Shown one piece after another: positions 12,961 through 27,900 of a stretch of 64,000 bases of DNA. Within the stretch, counting starts at the first letter, position 1; every line of letters begins with the position of its first letter. Where the stretch lies: NCBI RefSeq assembly GCF_037042905.1, contig NC_087245.1:43402001-43466000 (forward strand), read 5' to 3'. The translations under genes were made by a program, and so were the position numbers. The stretch comes from Lytechinus pictus. Taxonomy: Eukaryota. The notes beneath the pieces are model-generated. The model was not told the DNA's origin and did no database searches. It saw only the letters and a list, made by a program, of their open reading frames with translations.

Positions 12961-15900
12961 TCACAGCATCTTGGCAAAAGAAGAGATGAATCTCCTATAA
13001 ACATTTACTTTTTATTCATTATTTGTCAGTTTCAGTATGTTAACCAGTCAACAACACTGATTACAGATGGACCATTGATATTTCAAACCATTCCAATGTG
13101 TAAACTTAAGTGAAACCAATGCACTGTGGTTTGGATCAACATAGCCGCTGTCAAAATTTACAAACAGATGAGCTCACTTACTTTGATATAACCTGTGCAA
13201 GTCGAATCTGACCCAAAGCAACATTGCAGAATCTTGTGGTTGCGGTTTTACTGGTTGCCTTATTGTCCATGCCATGTAACTTACAAGAAATAGCCTGATG
13301 ACAGAAAAGAAATGCCCTTTCATTAAAATGTTTGAACGAGTAACCACCAGTCTATACCAAATATTGAATACACCATCACATAATGTATTGACCAATCAGT
13401 ATCTACATGGAACATATAAACCAAAGCAAAAAAAGAGAAAACTTTCTATAAAGAATCAGAGCAATACAATAAAGTCTATATGAGCAGATGATCATTGCAA
13501 ACAATTCATGTAATACAGATTTCAATGGAGAAATCTATTCAGGGGTAACCTAAATCTTGGTCTTTAATTCTTTATAGATAAGGGGTACCTCTATGCAGGT
13601 GGCTACTAAGGTCCCATGTCAATTGCTTCGTTGGAAAATCAGCACGTTTGTAATCTAACCTCCAAATCTAACTAAATCCTAATCTTTATCTTTACATTAT
13701 TATGAACCTCTACTGTATACCTAACTCTAACCCAATGCCCTCTGAGATATCAAGACCAGAGAAAATGTTCGGAAGCAAATGTCTTTGTCACCAAGCACAC
13801 TGGCAAGTAAAACTGTTTTGACTGTATATTGAAATGCATCTAATCTAAAAAGAATTTCTATATTATTCACTGAAAGGAAAATTCTATACCAATCCTGATA
13901 TTTCATTGCGTACATGTATGTCTAAACAAGTGGAGCGCCTCTGGCAGTCTCACCTGCATCACGCGATTCAATATAGCAGCAGTACTGACTTTGAAAACTA
14001 TTAAAAAATAATCATTCACAAAAAACACCATTCATATAATGATACAATACTACTGTACGTTCATTGACAATAAATGACATTTGACCTTGATCATGCGACC
14101 TAAGACTTGTCAGTGATACTTGATTACCCCTATATCCACATTTTATAAACTATATCTATAAAATTTGAAAATTATGACAGCGAATCTAATAACTACCCCC
14201 AAAATGGTAAAAGTTCAATGACCTTAAATGACCTTTGACTTTGAAAGTCACATGAGATGTTCAGTGATACTTGATTACTCTTATGTCCCGGTTTTATGAA
14301 CTAGACCAATACACTTATAGAGTTATGATGGTAATTCAACAAATACCCCCAACATGGCCAAAGTTCATTGACCTTAAATGACCTGTGACCTTGGTCATGT
14401 GACCTGAAACTCGCACTGGATGTTCAGTGATACTTGATTACCCTTATGTCAAAGTTTCATGAATCAGATCCATAAACTTTCAAAGTTATGATGGTACTTC
14501 AATAGATACCCTCAACATGGCAAGTTAATTGACCTTTGACCTTGGTCATTTGACCTGAAATTCCCACAGGATGTCCAGTGATACTTGACTGCTCTTATGT
14601 CCAGGTTTTATGAACTAGACCAATAAACTTTCAAAGTTATGATGGTATTTAAACAAAATACCCCAACTTGGCCAAAGTTCATTGACCTTTGACCTCAATC
14701 ATGTGACCTGAAACTCACAGGATGTTCAGTGATACTTGATTACTCCTATGTCCAAGTTTCATGAATCAGATCCATAAACTTTTTAGATTATGATGTCAAT
14801 TCAACAGATACCCCCAACTTGGCCAAACTTCATTGACCCTAAATGACCTTTGACCTTGGTCATGTGACTTGAAACTCAGGCAGGATGTTCAATAATACTT
14901 GATTATCTTATGTCCAAGTATCATGAATTAGGTCAATATATTTTCTAATTTATGATGACATTTCAAAAACTTAACCTTAGGTTAAGATTTTGTTGTTGAA
15001 TTAGGTCCATATATTTTCTAATTTATGATGACTTTTCAAAAACTTAACCTTAGGTTAAGATTTTGATGTTGATTCTCCCAACATGGTCTAAGTTCATTGA
15101 CCCTAAATGACCTTTGACCTTGGTCATGTGACCTGAAACTCAGGCAGGGTGTTTAGAAATACTTGATTAACCTTAAGGCCAAGTTTCATGAACTAGGTCC
15201 ATATACTTTCTAAGTTATGCTGTCATTTCAAAAACTTAACCTTCAGTTAAGATTTGGTGTTGACACCGCCGCCGTCGGAAAGTCTCATTCTGCTATGCAG
15301 GTGAGACAAAAACCATGAATATTTGAGCGCAAGTAACAGAGACAGTCATTTTGACACTGACGAAACAATAATGCTTTTCAAAATGTTACAAGTGATTTGT
15401 GTGTCCAGGGTTTTTTCCTTTTATTTAAGTCTTCACATGTACATGACTGAAATAGAAAGAAGAGGCTTTTCATATTGATAACATGTGTTATGAAGCCTAT
15501 TGAAGGAAGAGAGAGGGAAGTATAATTTTTTGATTTGTGAATTTCTGAAAGTATGAAGAGTTTGATCGTTCTATACCTGGAAGGCTAGTTGATAGAAGGA
15601 AGGGTCAAGAACTCTTAGATCATCAAATGGAACAGATTCTACATCACCATGATCAACCAGAAAACAACCAGCCTGAAGAAACGGAAAAAAATCTTGATAT
15701 GAACAACTGCAAAGAAAATGTGTTCATCATACTTTCTTGATTGCAGTCATGATTGTATGTCTCAAATGTGTTCATCATACTTTCTTGATTGCAGTCAAGA
15801 TTTGATGTCTCCAACATTGCCAGATCAACGGTATATCACACACCTCACTTCTAACATTCTCACAAACTGTATAACAATTCTTCAATATCACTCGAAATTG

Positions 15901-18900
15901 TTGAAATTATCGCCAAGCTTTATACATCAAATGAGATCAATTTGGCAACACCATTTCCTATGTACAGGCTGTATATGCACATATACAGGGCTCCATAGTA
16001 CGCTCTAAACTGCATCGGCTGTGTCGATTAAGGGGTTCTCGGTTCTCAACTAGGAAGCTTAGTGCAATTCAAACTCTCACTTATCTCATCGTGAAACACC
16101 CCCATTACCTACCTCCTGGTTGTCAACGGCAACAACCTTTACCCTGAGCCACCCATCATCCATTTGAGCAGCATAAAGACCGTCGACAGTAGGCGAATCA
16201 CTCAATCTGAGATTGGGATCGTCTGCTTCATAGAACTCTCTCATATCATCTTCCAGAGTACATAGCTTATCCTGATAAGGAAAGGGAAAATTGATGGTGA
16301 ATGCTTAGAGGGGAAGGGTGAAAATATCTTCCAATATTAAACAAAAAAAAACTTTGGTGACTTGTTTCTAATGGCACAGCCTTTTTATTTTTTCGATCAG
16401 GTGTTTCATAATGAAATACATAAAACAGCTGTTTTCCACTCATGGTGCAAGCTCAGTAGGGGAGATGTGACCCGGCCATAAAGTGAAAACTGGGATGTAT
16501 TTACAAGTAAAAAGCATACACTGAATTTTATCCATTGTGTGAAAAAGTAGTGGCCACAGTAGTTGTATTTCATCAAAATCCTGTTTACAATTAACAAAAC
16601 TTACATCACGCAGTACTCCTGCTAAAAGAGGATACGAAGTAAAATCAGACAAAAATAAGCAGCACTGTAACTCACTTTTTCAAAAAAAAAAAAAAAAAAA
16701 AATGTGAAGGTGTGCTGAAAAAAAGATGAATCTAGATAGAGTTATGTCAGAAGTATCAACCCATTTTACCTAGAAATTGTTTTTTTAACACTAAAAGGAG
16801 GGCCATTATGCCCCCCCCCCCATCACGCAATATTTCCAAAATGAAATAAGAGAGTGCTGCAAAATTTTATGACTTTTTTCTTTGAAGTCTCGTGTAACCT
16901 TTGAGACCAAATTCGCGACATACGGGTATACATGTAGCATCGCGACGCCACGTGACTTTTTAAGAGACAATGTCATGCCGAAATTGGCTCATTTTCATAC
17001 TTTGTGTATAAAGTCTATGGGAGATGATATTCATAAAAGGGTGATTATTTTTCATTCTAATTGGTCTGCTTACTTAATATAAGAAATTAAAAAAAACAAA
17101 GAAATACATATGGAAAAAATTCACTTTCAAAATTTTTCTTTGTGGAAATCTTTAAATTAGATTAAAAAGATGACATCTGGAAAAAAGAAGAAGAAAATCT
17201 GAAGTGAAATTGGGTGTTAAATATGCAAATAATGTTTTTCACGAATATTTATTCATAATATATAAAAAATAATCATTTTCAGAATTTATTTTTGTACTGG
17301 CTTATAGTTATGTGGAAAAGAATGTGCGTGCCAAATTTTGGCGCGATCACGCGAATGCCGGCCGAGATCAGAAGGGGGGGGGGAGCCATCATGGCCCCCC
17401 CAGTCCTCAATACATCTCAAATAGCCCAGTCCTTTTAGGGTTAATGAATAAGAAGACTATTTTTAGACAATATGAGGTTGCCACAGACCATATTTCCAAA
17501 ACACAGCATTTTCTGGAGCTGTGCTCAAAAGTTTTATATTTGAGATGGTTTTTTTGTCATCCCAGAAACTAAATGCCCATTATCATTACTATTATCATTA
17601 TATGATACTTACAGCATATTCATCCCCCATGATGACACAATAGAAATCCACTACACTTATGATATATGATACATAAACTTCCCATAGACAGTCTTCCTCG
17701 GGAATGACTATATCAGGCACTGTTGGGGGTCTGCAAAAAAGAGAAAATGTTTGATAATTAACAAGAGCGTCGCTAAGGTGAGCACATAATACCCCCGCCT
17801 GCAACGTGAAAAATTGAGTTATTGGTCAAGCAAGAAAAGTGGAAGGTGGCGACTTCACATTTGACCTTCTAGCCTCAAAATCAATAGATTTGCTGAGATC
17901 TATGCCAGTATCAGAGACCAAATTAAGTGAGCCTAGGCTAAGTTAAACTGAAGTTATGTAAGTCTTCAGAAGGGCAAGATGAAAACATGTCAGTGTGACC
18001 TTGACCTTTGGACCTCAAAATCAGTAGGCTTCCTGGGATCCATGCTATATCATACACACCAAATTATATGAGCCTAGGTTAAGTTAAACTAAAGTTATCA
18101 CGTTTACAAGGACTGCAAAAGGGTAAGATGAAAACATGTCAGTGTGACCTTGACCTTTTGACCTAACAAGTGGAATGCCTCTGGCCGTCTCACCTGCATC
18201 ACGCGATTCAATATAGCAGCAGTGCTGATTTTGAAAACTACTATAACTCGCACAAGATGTTCAGTGATACTTGGTTACTCTTATTTCCACGTTTTATGAA
18301 CTAGACCAATACACTTATAGAGATATGATGGCAATTCAACAAATACCCCCAACGTGGCCAAAGTTCTTTGACCTTACATGACCTTTGACCTTGATCATGT
18401 GACCTGAAACTCGCACAGGATGTTCAGTGATACTTGATTACTATTATGTCCAAGTTTTATGAACTAGACCAACACACTTTCAAATTTATGGCTGTAATTC
18501 AACAAATACCCCAATTTGGCCAAAGTTCATTGACCCTAAATGACCTTTGACCTTGATCATGTGACCTGAAACTTGCACAGGATATTCAGTAATACTTTAT
18601 TACTATTATGTCCAAGTTTCATGAATCAGATCCATAAACTTTCAAAGTTATGATGGTAATTCAACAGATACCCCCAATTCGGCCAAAGTTCATTGACCCT
18701 AAATGACCTTTGACCTTGGTCATGTGATGTGAAACTCAAGCAGGATGTTCAGTGATACTTGATTAACCTTATGTATAAGTTTCATGAACTAGGTCCATAT
18801 ATTTTCTAAGTTATGACTTTTCAAAAACTTAACCTTAGGTTAAGATTTTGATGTTGATTCCCCCAACATGGTCTAAGTTCATTGACCCTAAATGACCTTT

Positions 18901-21900
18901 GACCTTGGTCATGTGACATGAAACTCAGGCAGGATGTTCAGTAATACTTGATTAACCTTATGGCCAAGTTTCATGAACTAGGTCCATATACTTTCTAAGT
19001 TATGCTGTCATTTCAAAAACTTAACCTCAGGTTAAGATTTGGTGTTGACGCCGCCGCCGCCGTCGGAAAAGCGGCGCCTATAGTCTCACTCTGCTATGCA
19101 GGTGAGACCAAAATTAAAAGGCTTCCTGGGATCCATGCTAGTATTATACACACTAAATTATATGAGCCTAGGTTAAGTTAAACTAAAGTTATCGCGTTTA
19201 CAAGGACTCCAGAAGGGTAAGATAAAGACATGTCACTGTGACCTTGACCCTTGACGTAAAAATCAATAGGCTTCCTGGAATCCATGCTAGTATCATACAC
19301 ACCAAATTATATGAGCCTAGGTTAAGTTAAACTGAAGTTATCGCATTTACAAGGACTGCAACTTGACCTTAGGACCTCAAAATCAATAGGCTTCCTGGGA
19401 TCCATGCTAGTATGATACACACCAAATTATATAAGCCTAGGTTAAGTTAAAATGAAGTTATGGCGTTTACAAGGACTGCAGAAGGGTAAGATGAAAATAT
19501 GTCACTGTGACCTTGACAATTGACCTTTTGACCTCAAATCAATAGGCTTCCTAGGATCCATGCTAGTATAATACACACCAAATTATACACTGCATGAGCC
19601 TAGGTTAAGTTAAACTGAAGTTATTGAGTTAACAAAGACTTCAGAAGGGTAAGATGAAAACGTCACTGTGACCTTGACCTTTGACCTCAAAATCAATAGA
19701 CTTCCTGGGATACATGCTAGTATCATAAACACCAAATTATGAGCCTAGGTTGAGTTAAACTTAAGTTATCGCGATAAAAAGGACTGCAGAAGGGTAATAT
19801 GTCACTGTGACCTTGACCTTTTGACCTCAAAATCAATAGGCTTCCTGCGATCCATGCTAGTATCATACAAATCAAATTACATGTATATGAGCCTAGGTTA
19901 AGTCAAACTAAAGTCATCGCGATTATAAGGTAAAGTTAATGTTTATGAGTGCAATGGACAGAATACTTCATTCGGTGAAAGATGACATGAATGATCATTT
20001 CATCTTTCACCTCATGAAGTATTCTGTCCATTGCACTCATAGACATTATTTGTATATTATTATCTCGATAAGTGGATAATGTACACATTGACCCGGGGGG
20101 GGGGGGGGATACTGTTATGACTACCCAGCCCAAGACATCGTCTTGTGGATCTACTGCCCACATCATTTCTAATATAACAATATATATATTGTATTTACAA
20201 ATCTATTGAAGAAAACTTATTTACAATATAGTTACAAAGATCTTCATGAAAGGGTATGTAACTTACATAAAACGACACAACACAGGGTCACAATACAACA
20301 CGTCACATCACAACTAACCTACACGTACAGCACAAGACAGCACAGAACCAAACAGTACAAGACAACACAAGACGTCGTCTCTCTGAAAAGACACCAGCAT
20401 CCTGATGTTAACAAAATTGAAATAATGGGTGCCGATAGATCACGGGATTAAAAGGGTATAACTCCCCCTGGGATATTCCAATTTGATTACGAGGCTAATA
20501 TACCCTTTCAGATAGACTGGGATCCTCATAAGACAGGACAGACTCAATGTTCACTATCATCTTTACAACATCAACAATATTGCAACACATTCCTCAATTG
20601 CAACTGTATAATTTCTATATGATTCTTAACTCATCCCAGCTGCTCATACTCCGTCCCTGTAATGGCTAGGTCACACCCAACGGCCGGCGGCACCACGGCG
20701 AGCCGAAATCAGCCGTTTTATGTATTACTATATATGAATTACTATGCGCTCCACCCAAATGTAGCTGACACCAGTGTCGGCCGCACAGAAGCGTTGTTAG
20801 TGTAACAGAACACTAACAGTAGGGCCAGTCACATCTTTCATGGGCGACCACCACCTATACGCATTGTTTTCACTAACAGAGCACTAACAGGAGGCCTATC
20901 GGTATCGATAAACTCACAGAAGCTTAGCCGAATTCCTAATAATCTAACAATAAAAGGCCCAGCAGAAGCTAACAGTGGCGCTAATGTTAATACAAATCGC
21001 TAACAGTGCCAAGGGCACCAGTAGTGACGATGTTAGTGAATAATTTCTCCCTTTAAAACTTGTCTCCCTTTCTTATACCAAGTAATTTAAAATAGACCTC
21101 GACTGAATTAAAGGGGTATTCCGGGCCCACATAACAATATATGAATAAATGGAGTAAAATTAGATGAGCAAATTGCTGAAAATTTAATCAAAATCTGATA
21201 AAAAAATAAAATTCTTGAATATTAATTTAACACTGTATTTTGCAAATGATATTACTGAGCAGCATGTGGCCATGAATATGCGATAAATGGAACGATGATG
21301 CCATATCCTCTAGCTCTTTCCCCTTTTTCTGATTTTATTGAAATGAACTCGTAATTGTCTCAAATGTGTGTATGTCACCCGAGTCACAAAATGATGATCT
21401 TTGAAGCAATATTCTGGGTGGACAAAATTTAAATAAACCTAATTTTGTATGATACAACAGACCTCATTGCATATTCCTGAAGACATGAATATAAATTTCA
21501 CCAAAATAGGGCCTAATGCAAAATTTCAAGATAGCATAATTTTTGTATTCATTTTCAATTTTTATCAATTTGTCAGTGTTTTGTTTGTCTCACTTCACTG
21601 TTCAAACCGTATTATTTTCTTCAGCCTGGATTACCCCTTTAAAAATGGGTATATAGCGGGGGATGTTGATTAGTGCCAAGATATGATCCTTTTCATCAAG
21701 ATTTTTTTCTTCCAAGATATATCATTTATTTAAGTGTTTGAAAACATTTTAAAGAATAGACTACATTAGAAAGAAGAACAATAGCTGATAAAATTTATCG
21801 TATGATAATCATAATTGGCAAAGACACATGTACTCTATCATGAGCATGATGAGTGAAGTCTGTGAAGAGCATTTTCAAACAAAAGAAACTGATGAAAAGT

Positions 21901-24900
21901 GGGATTGCATTTTCTTTTGGTACAGAACCTCCATCGTAATATCATGATAGGCTAATTTTCTTGATCTTTTTAAAGCTTGTTCAATATTCAAAAAATTAAA
22001 TTAGTAAATATATATTTACTACTTGCAGTCATTTTATGTTTAAAATGTAATAAGCAAATTTTTATAGGCCTATGTAATAATAAATTACATTCCTTTACCC
22101 TTTCCTAGTCAAGATTTTAAACTTGTAGGATGAGCAAATAATCGTAACTAAATCTTAAGTTAAATCTAGATCACTACTCACAAATTATAGATTTTGCCTA
22201 ACTCAAATCCCCTAACACTTGCACCTAACGGCGCCCTAACAGTGCTTTCTGTGCGATCATTCTATGTTGTTAGTAGCTGATTTGTTAATGAATAATGATA
22301 TACATATTGTGATGTCAAGCGTTGATCCCAGATGTAAATAATGCATTACTTTGACATTAGCCATCGCGGCAAGATTACTGGTTGCAACAGGGCCCTTTGT
22401 TAGCGCAATGTTAAGCTAACAGCATTTCTGTGTGGCTGTGTGACTAAAGGATCCCTTTTTGTTCGTCGAGGTAGGGGGCAATCTGCCGCCCCATCCCAAG
22501 TACATGTACATTATTAAATCATAAAACATTGCTTTTTGTTATTGTCAACAATTGCCATACTCTAATACCTGTTTGAGTTTAAAGATGTGACATTGCGCCT
22601 TTCTTTGCCAGAGAGTGGTGACTGTGAGATCTCCACCTTCAAATTAGGGTAGAGGATCTGATCATTCCCAACGACACTGAACAAAAGAGAAATACAGAAA
22701 ATAAGTTTTAAGAATTTGAAGTGGATAAGTCAAGGCACACAATAAAAATCAATCATACAATAGACTGAACATTAAATACTGAAAAAAAACTGTACTGTAT
22801 GTACGTATGTATATATATATATATATATATATATACATTATTCAATCTTTTGATTTTTTTATAAAGAATTCATCAAGGACATTCTTAAGACCATTATGGC
22901 ACCGAGACAGTATAAAATCAATTCAATTTATTCAGTAAAACAGAAAATTAATCAGTTATTCGTGATTTTTAGCAGAAAGCTATATATCAATTGATATAGT
23001 GCATAAAATAATGATTTTGATGATTGATCATGTATTGAACATTTTTGAAACTGCATCTGTAGGTGTTTCAAATCTAGTATTCCAAAGTCTGTAAGTCTCT
23101 ATTGTAACAGCAATAGAACAATTCAAGCAAATTAACAGATTTGAAAATGAATTTCGACCGCATAATTCGAAAATTATAGCAAAGATAATGAAAAGGTTAG
23201 GAGGAAGTCTGCTGATTAGCAAGCAGTCTGATCATCAACAAAAATTGATTTGAATAAAAAGATAAAAATCCAACAAGCATAACACTGAAAACTTCATCAA
23301 AATCAGATGCAAAATAAGAAATTTTAATATTTTGCTTACTTTAACGGTCATAACCATATTTACATACTGGTTTTAAGCACATGAGAGGACTGATGACATC
23401 ACTCACTGTTTCTTTTGTATTTTATTACATGAAATACGAAATAATCTAATTTTCTCTTAATTGCCCTGTGAAATAAAGTTTTATTCCTCCATGAACATGC
23501 GGTATCACCATTGTTTTAACATTTAATAGTTCAGACAAGTTGTTCCTTATTGTCAAATCTGCAAAAATTGAAAAACAAAAGAAATAGTGAGGGACATCAT
23601 CAGCTCTCTCATTGGATGTCACTGAGTTGTGCATATCACTGTTTTGTGAAGTAGAAGTAGAAGAGAAACTTTAAATTGTTGTAACTTCTTATTTTACATC
23701 CGATTTTGATTAAACTTTCAGCATTATGCTTGTTTCATTTTTTCTCTATTGATTAAACTCAGCATTGTTCAGGGGGGACTTGAACTTTAACAACGAAAGA
23801 AGAAATTCTTGAAAATAAAAAGAGGCACAGATGATAGGCCTACATGAAATATGTTCTGATTTGATTGGTTCATTTTATATGTAAATCATACTCATTGAAT
23901 TTAAAGCATGCATTTCAAATTGCATAAACAGAACAAAAATCATGTTAAGCTTTCTGAGAATGGTGAATTTAGAAACCACGACAATGATCAATTTCAAAGA
24001 GAGGGAAGAAATTAGAAACTGTAAAAAAAATTATTTTTTCAATCCTGACACTCACTACCTCAGTAATAATTGGTAATTAATTTCCTATACCAAGTATATA
24101 AAAATAGAACATGGGCACAAGGACGTAAATAATAATCTCAAGAGCATGTCCGTGGAATTATATTATTAATTTTTGGTTTGTATGTGTCCCTTTTCTTACG
24201 GGGTGGAGGGGGGGGGGGTGGGTCAGGAAGAGAAAGCAAAAGTTTATGTTATGCATGCAGCACTGTTAGTTTAAAAACACACAAAAATATCACTACAAAT
24301 GAAAATACAGAGTTTAAAAAATAACATTAGAGCATTCCCCCTGTTTCTAATGAACTCATCATCATGCTCTTGCTATTTCTACTATTTGTCTTCTCTCTTC
24401 ATACTCATAAAAACTGCATTTTTTGCAGGCTTAAATCTAGATATAATAGTCTGTTATGAAGTAAAATGCATTGGACAATTCATTCATGGAACCTAGTTAT
24501 GGAGTATTTTGCAACCTGAGGAGGAATTCTGAAAAAGCTACTTGTCAGAGATTTTCAGTGATAAATTTCAAAAGTTCCTGAACTTTTTGCATTTAATTGG
24601 CTGAAAACAAAACTAAAATCAATTAACTAATTAAAACTCACTGATTCATGAAAAGATTGTTATAGAAGTATAACTGGATAATGTAATGACTCAGTAGAAG
24701 CATAGAAGTCAAGTCAAATGTGACTCGTGTTGGGCACTAAATAGGGGGAACGTTTCATGAACATTTTTATCTGACAAGTTGTCAGATGAAACTTTCCTGG
24801 ATTTTGATTGGCCAAGAAGCACAGTTCCTATGGTAACTGTTGGATAAAATGTCCGATAAGTCCTTTCATGACACGCTCCCCAGGGCTTGAGCCCGTTTTG

Positions 24901-27900
24901 GGAAATAATAATCATCTGCCCATCAATCCAAATAAAAAAATGTCGTATTTTACTTTGCATAATTTTCTATAGGGCTGGAGAAGGGTCTAATATATCTTTA
25001 ACCCTATCTAGGCCGGGGTATTTTGGGAGTTCATATGGGGGGGGGGGGCGGCCCCCCTTGAGATCTCGGCCGTCGACCGCGCCGAAAATTGGCACGCGGG
25101 TTGTCTGGGACATAATCTACAAAATTGTATAGTAATCTATTTCATGCGAATTGCTATTAAGCGATTATGCTAGTTTTTGCGTAATTAGTATGCAAAATCA
25201 TACTTCTTCCTCTAACTCCAAAAATAAAGCTCCAAATGTTCTAATTTTTGGTATAGAAACTCTTTGTGGTGTTCTTAGCAAGTGTACATGAACAAAATTG
25301 CGATATCAAATCATTTTCGTATGTATTATATTGTTTTTTTTCAATTTCTTAAGTATTTCTTTGTTTTTCATTGTTTTTTCAATGAAATTTGTTGGGGTCT
25401 CTTCTGAGATCATAAAAAGCATAAAATTAATACATTTAGACCAGTAAAACTAAAAATAATCATACATTTAAGATATTTGGTTGAAAAACAATTTGCATTG
25501 ACTTTGTACACAAAATCACGTTTTTTGAGCAATTTTTGGTCTGACATGCACTTACATAATGTTGCATAATTTCGGAACCACATACCCGAGTGACGCAAAA
25601 TTGGTCTCAAAAGTTGTGCAAGACTTGAAAGTAAAAAGTCAGCAAGCGGCGCGGTAAAAAAATATCGCTCGGCGGAAATATTGCGCGAATCGTTGAGGGG
25701 GGCCTCCGAGGCCCCCCCCCCCCTGGCCTAGATAGGGTTAAATCATTTCCAAACCAGTTCTTGCCCCATGCAAAGAATTAATATAACAATAACAACTATA
25801 CAAGTGACTTATAATGTGCCAAATCCACTCTGTAGAGTGCTCAAGGAGCAAAAAGAAATTATGAAGTAAAAAGAAACTTTTAAGAACATTTTTGAAAGAC
25901 CCAACAGAGATACAATTTTTGATGTCTTCAGGAAGTCTAGAGTATGGGGCATGCATGAGCAAAGGATCTTTTCCCCAAGTTCTTGAAACTGTTGGAACCA
26001 CATGCAAATGAGCAAACATACATGTATATAGTGATGTAAAGTGAAAATAGTGAAAAAAATTAGTGAGAGGTGAGAGGAAAGCTCTTGGGCATGCATAAAA
26101 CAAGCACCTATCAGTGACCCGATGACTCTTCCCTTTAATTTTAGTGCGGAGGTCAACAGAAGGGGCTTTAGAATCCTTTACTCTCAGGTTAAGGTAAAGA
26201 ATGGGATCACTCTGACACCTGTGCATTGGGATGAATGTAGAGAGGGGGGGAGAAAGGAGTTATCAACATGTTTTACATTAACTCCATTAGGATACTTAAG
26301 CATTGTTCAGGCATGGCATGACAACACTCAACAAGGAAATTCAGCAACAATTTGTGTATAAGATCTATGTAGCTTGGTGCTTATTGCAAGTTGGGATAAC
26401 ATCTGAATGTCTCGTTACTGAGTGAACACCATTGGTGATGGATAATGCCATCCATTGTGAGTAGTGACAATGTCTGAAAGCACCCGTAATTTGAGTGTGA
26501 CCAAAGAAATTTGGATAAAATCAGAGAGTTTGAATGTTATCTAACTATCTTGCTACCATGTCTGAACGAAGCTTGAGTGGATTTCAGTAAGCAGAAAAGT
26601 GAGAGAAACAAGTCCCTGAAAAACTGAAAAATACAAAGCTATGCTATAGATGCAAGCACATTCATATACCACCACTTCAAACTGTGAAACTAGTATAAGA
26701 AACCCACCTGCCATATCTGGTTCGCATTCACAGACAAGGATTATGATGTCATTGGATGAAGATGAAATACAATTAAGTGATTAGTCACACATGTATATCA
26801 TTCCAACAAGGATACTATAATGTAAACATTGTAAATGTTTTCTTGCCCTTCAATGAAACAGAATAAAGTGAAACAGGAGAACGAATTGATATTAAGTAAA
26901 CAGATGCAAGGCTTAGATGTATTCGCGGTAATAAGACAATGGAATACACTGGGTATAATATTAAACATCAACATGAATTATACCTTACTTCAATTAATGG
27001 AGAGACCCTGGCAACTGGATGATATTATAGCAAGGGTTAGTGTTATTGGTAGTGGACAAGGGCCCCCATTTAGTGCTGTTCTTTATGGATCAAAGAAGAG
27101 CATGCAGAATTGCAGAATGAAAAAAAAATGAATGGACTTATATTATACTTCATTTTATTCAATCCATTCATTCAATTATTTTCAATTCAATTTTTTATTT
27201 AATTCACTTTTTTTTCTGGGGGTAGGGGCAGGATGGGGTATTAAAGATTATTTAAGTAGTTGTTTGACTATGTATGCATCAACTACAGTAGAGAACTTAG
27301 GTCGGTCGATGGCCCTCTGTCTCCTATTCATACTCCTACATAGCCAGTGATGTGTAGAATTTTTGCAGTGTCAGCTTTAAAACAAGGGGATGAATTGCCA
27401 CTTATAATCAGACAGTCTCCATCAGCAGTTTTCAGAAAGGCATTAAAACCCATCTACTTCGTAGTATAGTATTTAAAAGATAATATAATTACATTTAATT
27501 AATTGTAAATGCTTTGGGCCTAATGGGAAAAGTGCAGTACAAGTTTAAAAAACTCCCACATTTAATTTCTGAATGAGCATGTATAAACAAATTAACAGAA
27601 AATATTTCATACAACATATTCCATTCATATTATTAATTAATACCAAGATGTAAACTATGAACACCAAACAGGTAAATATGATATTAACTGGAATAATAAA
27701 ATAATCCAAGACAGAGAAATTATTTGGATTCATCAGCACCACCATCCATCGTCATGTTATTGCATGCTTACCCGATTTCCTCAGCAGTCCATAAACTAAG
27801 CCTTGAGAGTTTGTGGATGAGATCATCTTCCATAGTTGATTGGAATTCCTCCTTGTAGAGCTTCTTCAGCCCACTCAGCCACAGCCCTCCAGTCTTTTCT

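Noticed and set aside
14100..19930. CRISPR-like arrays (also 56050-57716)
   Set aside because: Whole monomers repeat with no unique spacers, no cas genes are present, and the context is eukaryotic.
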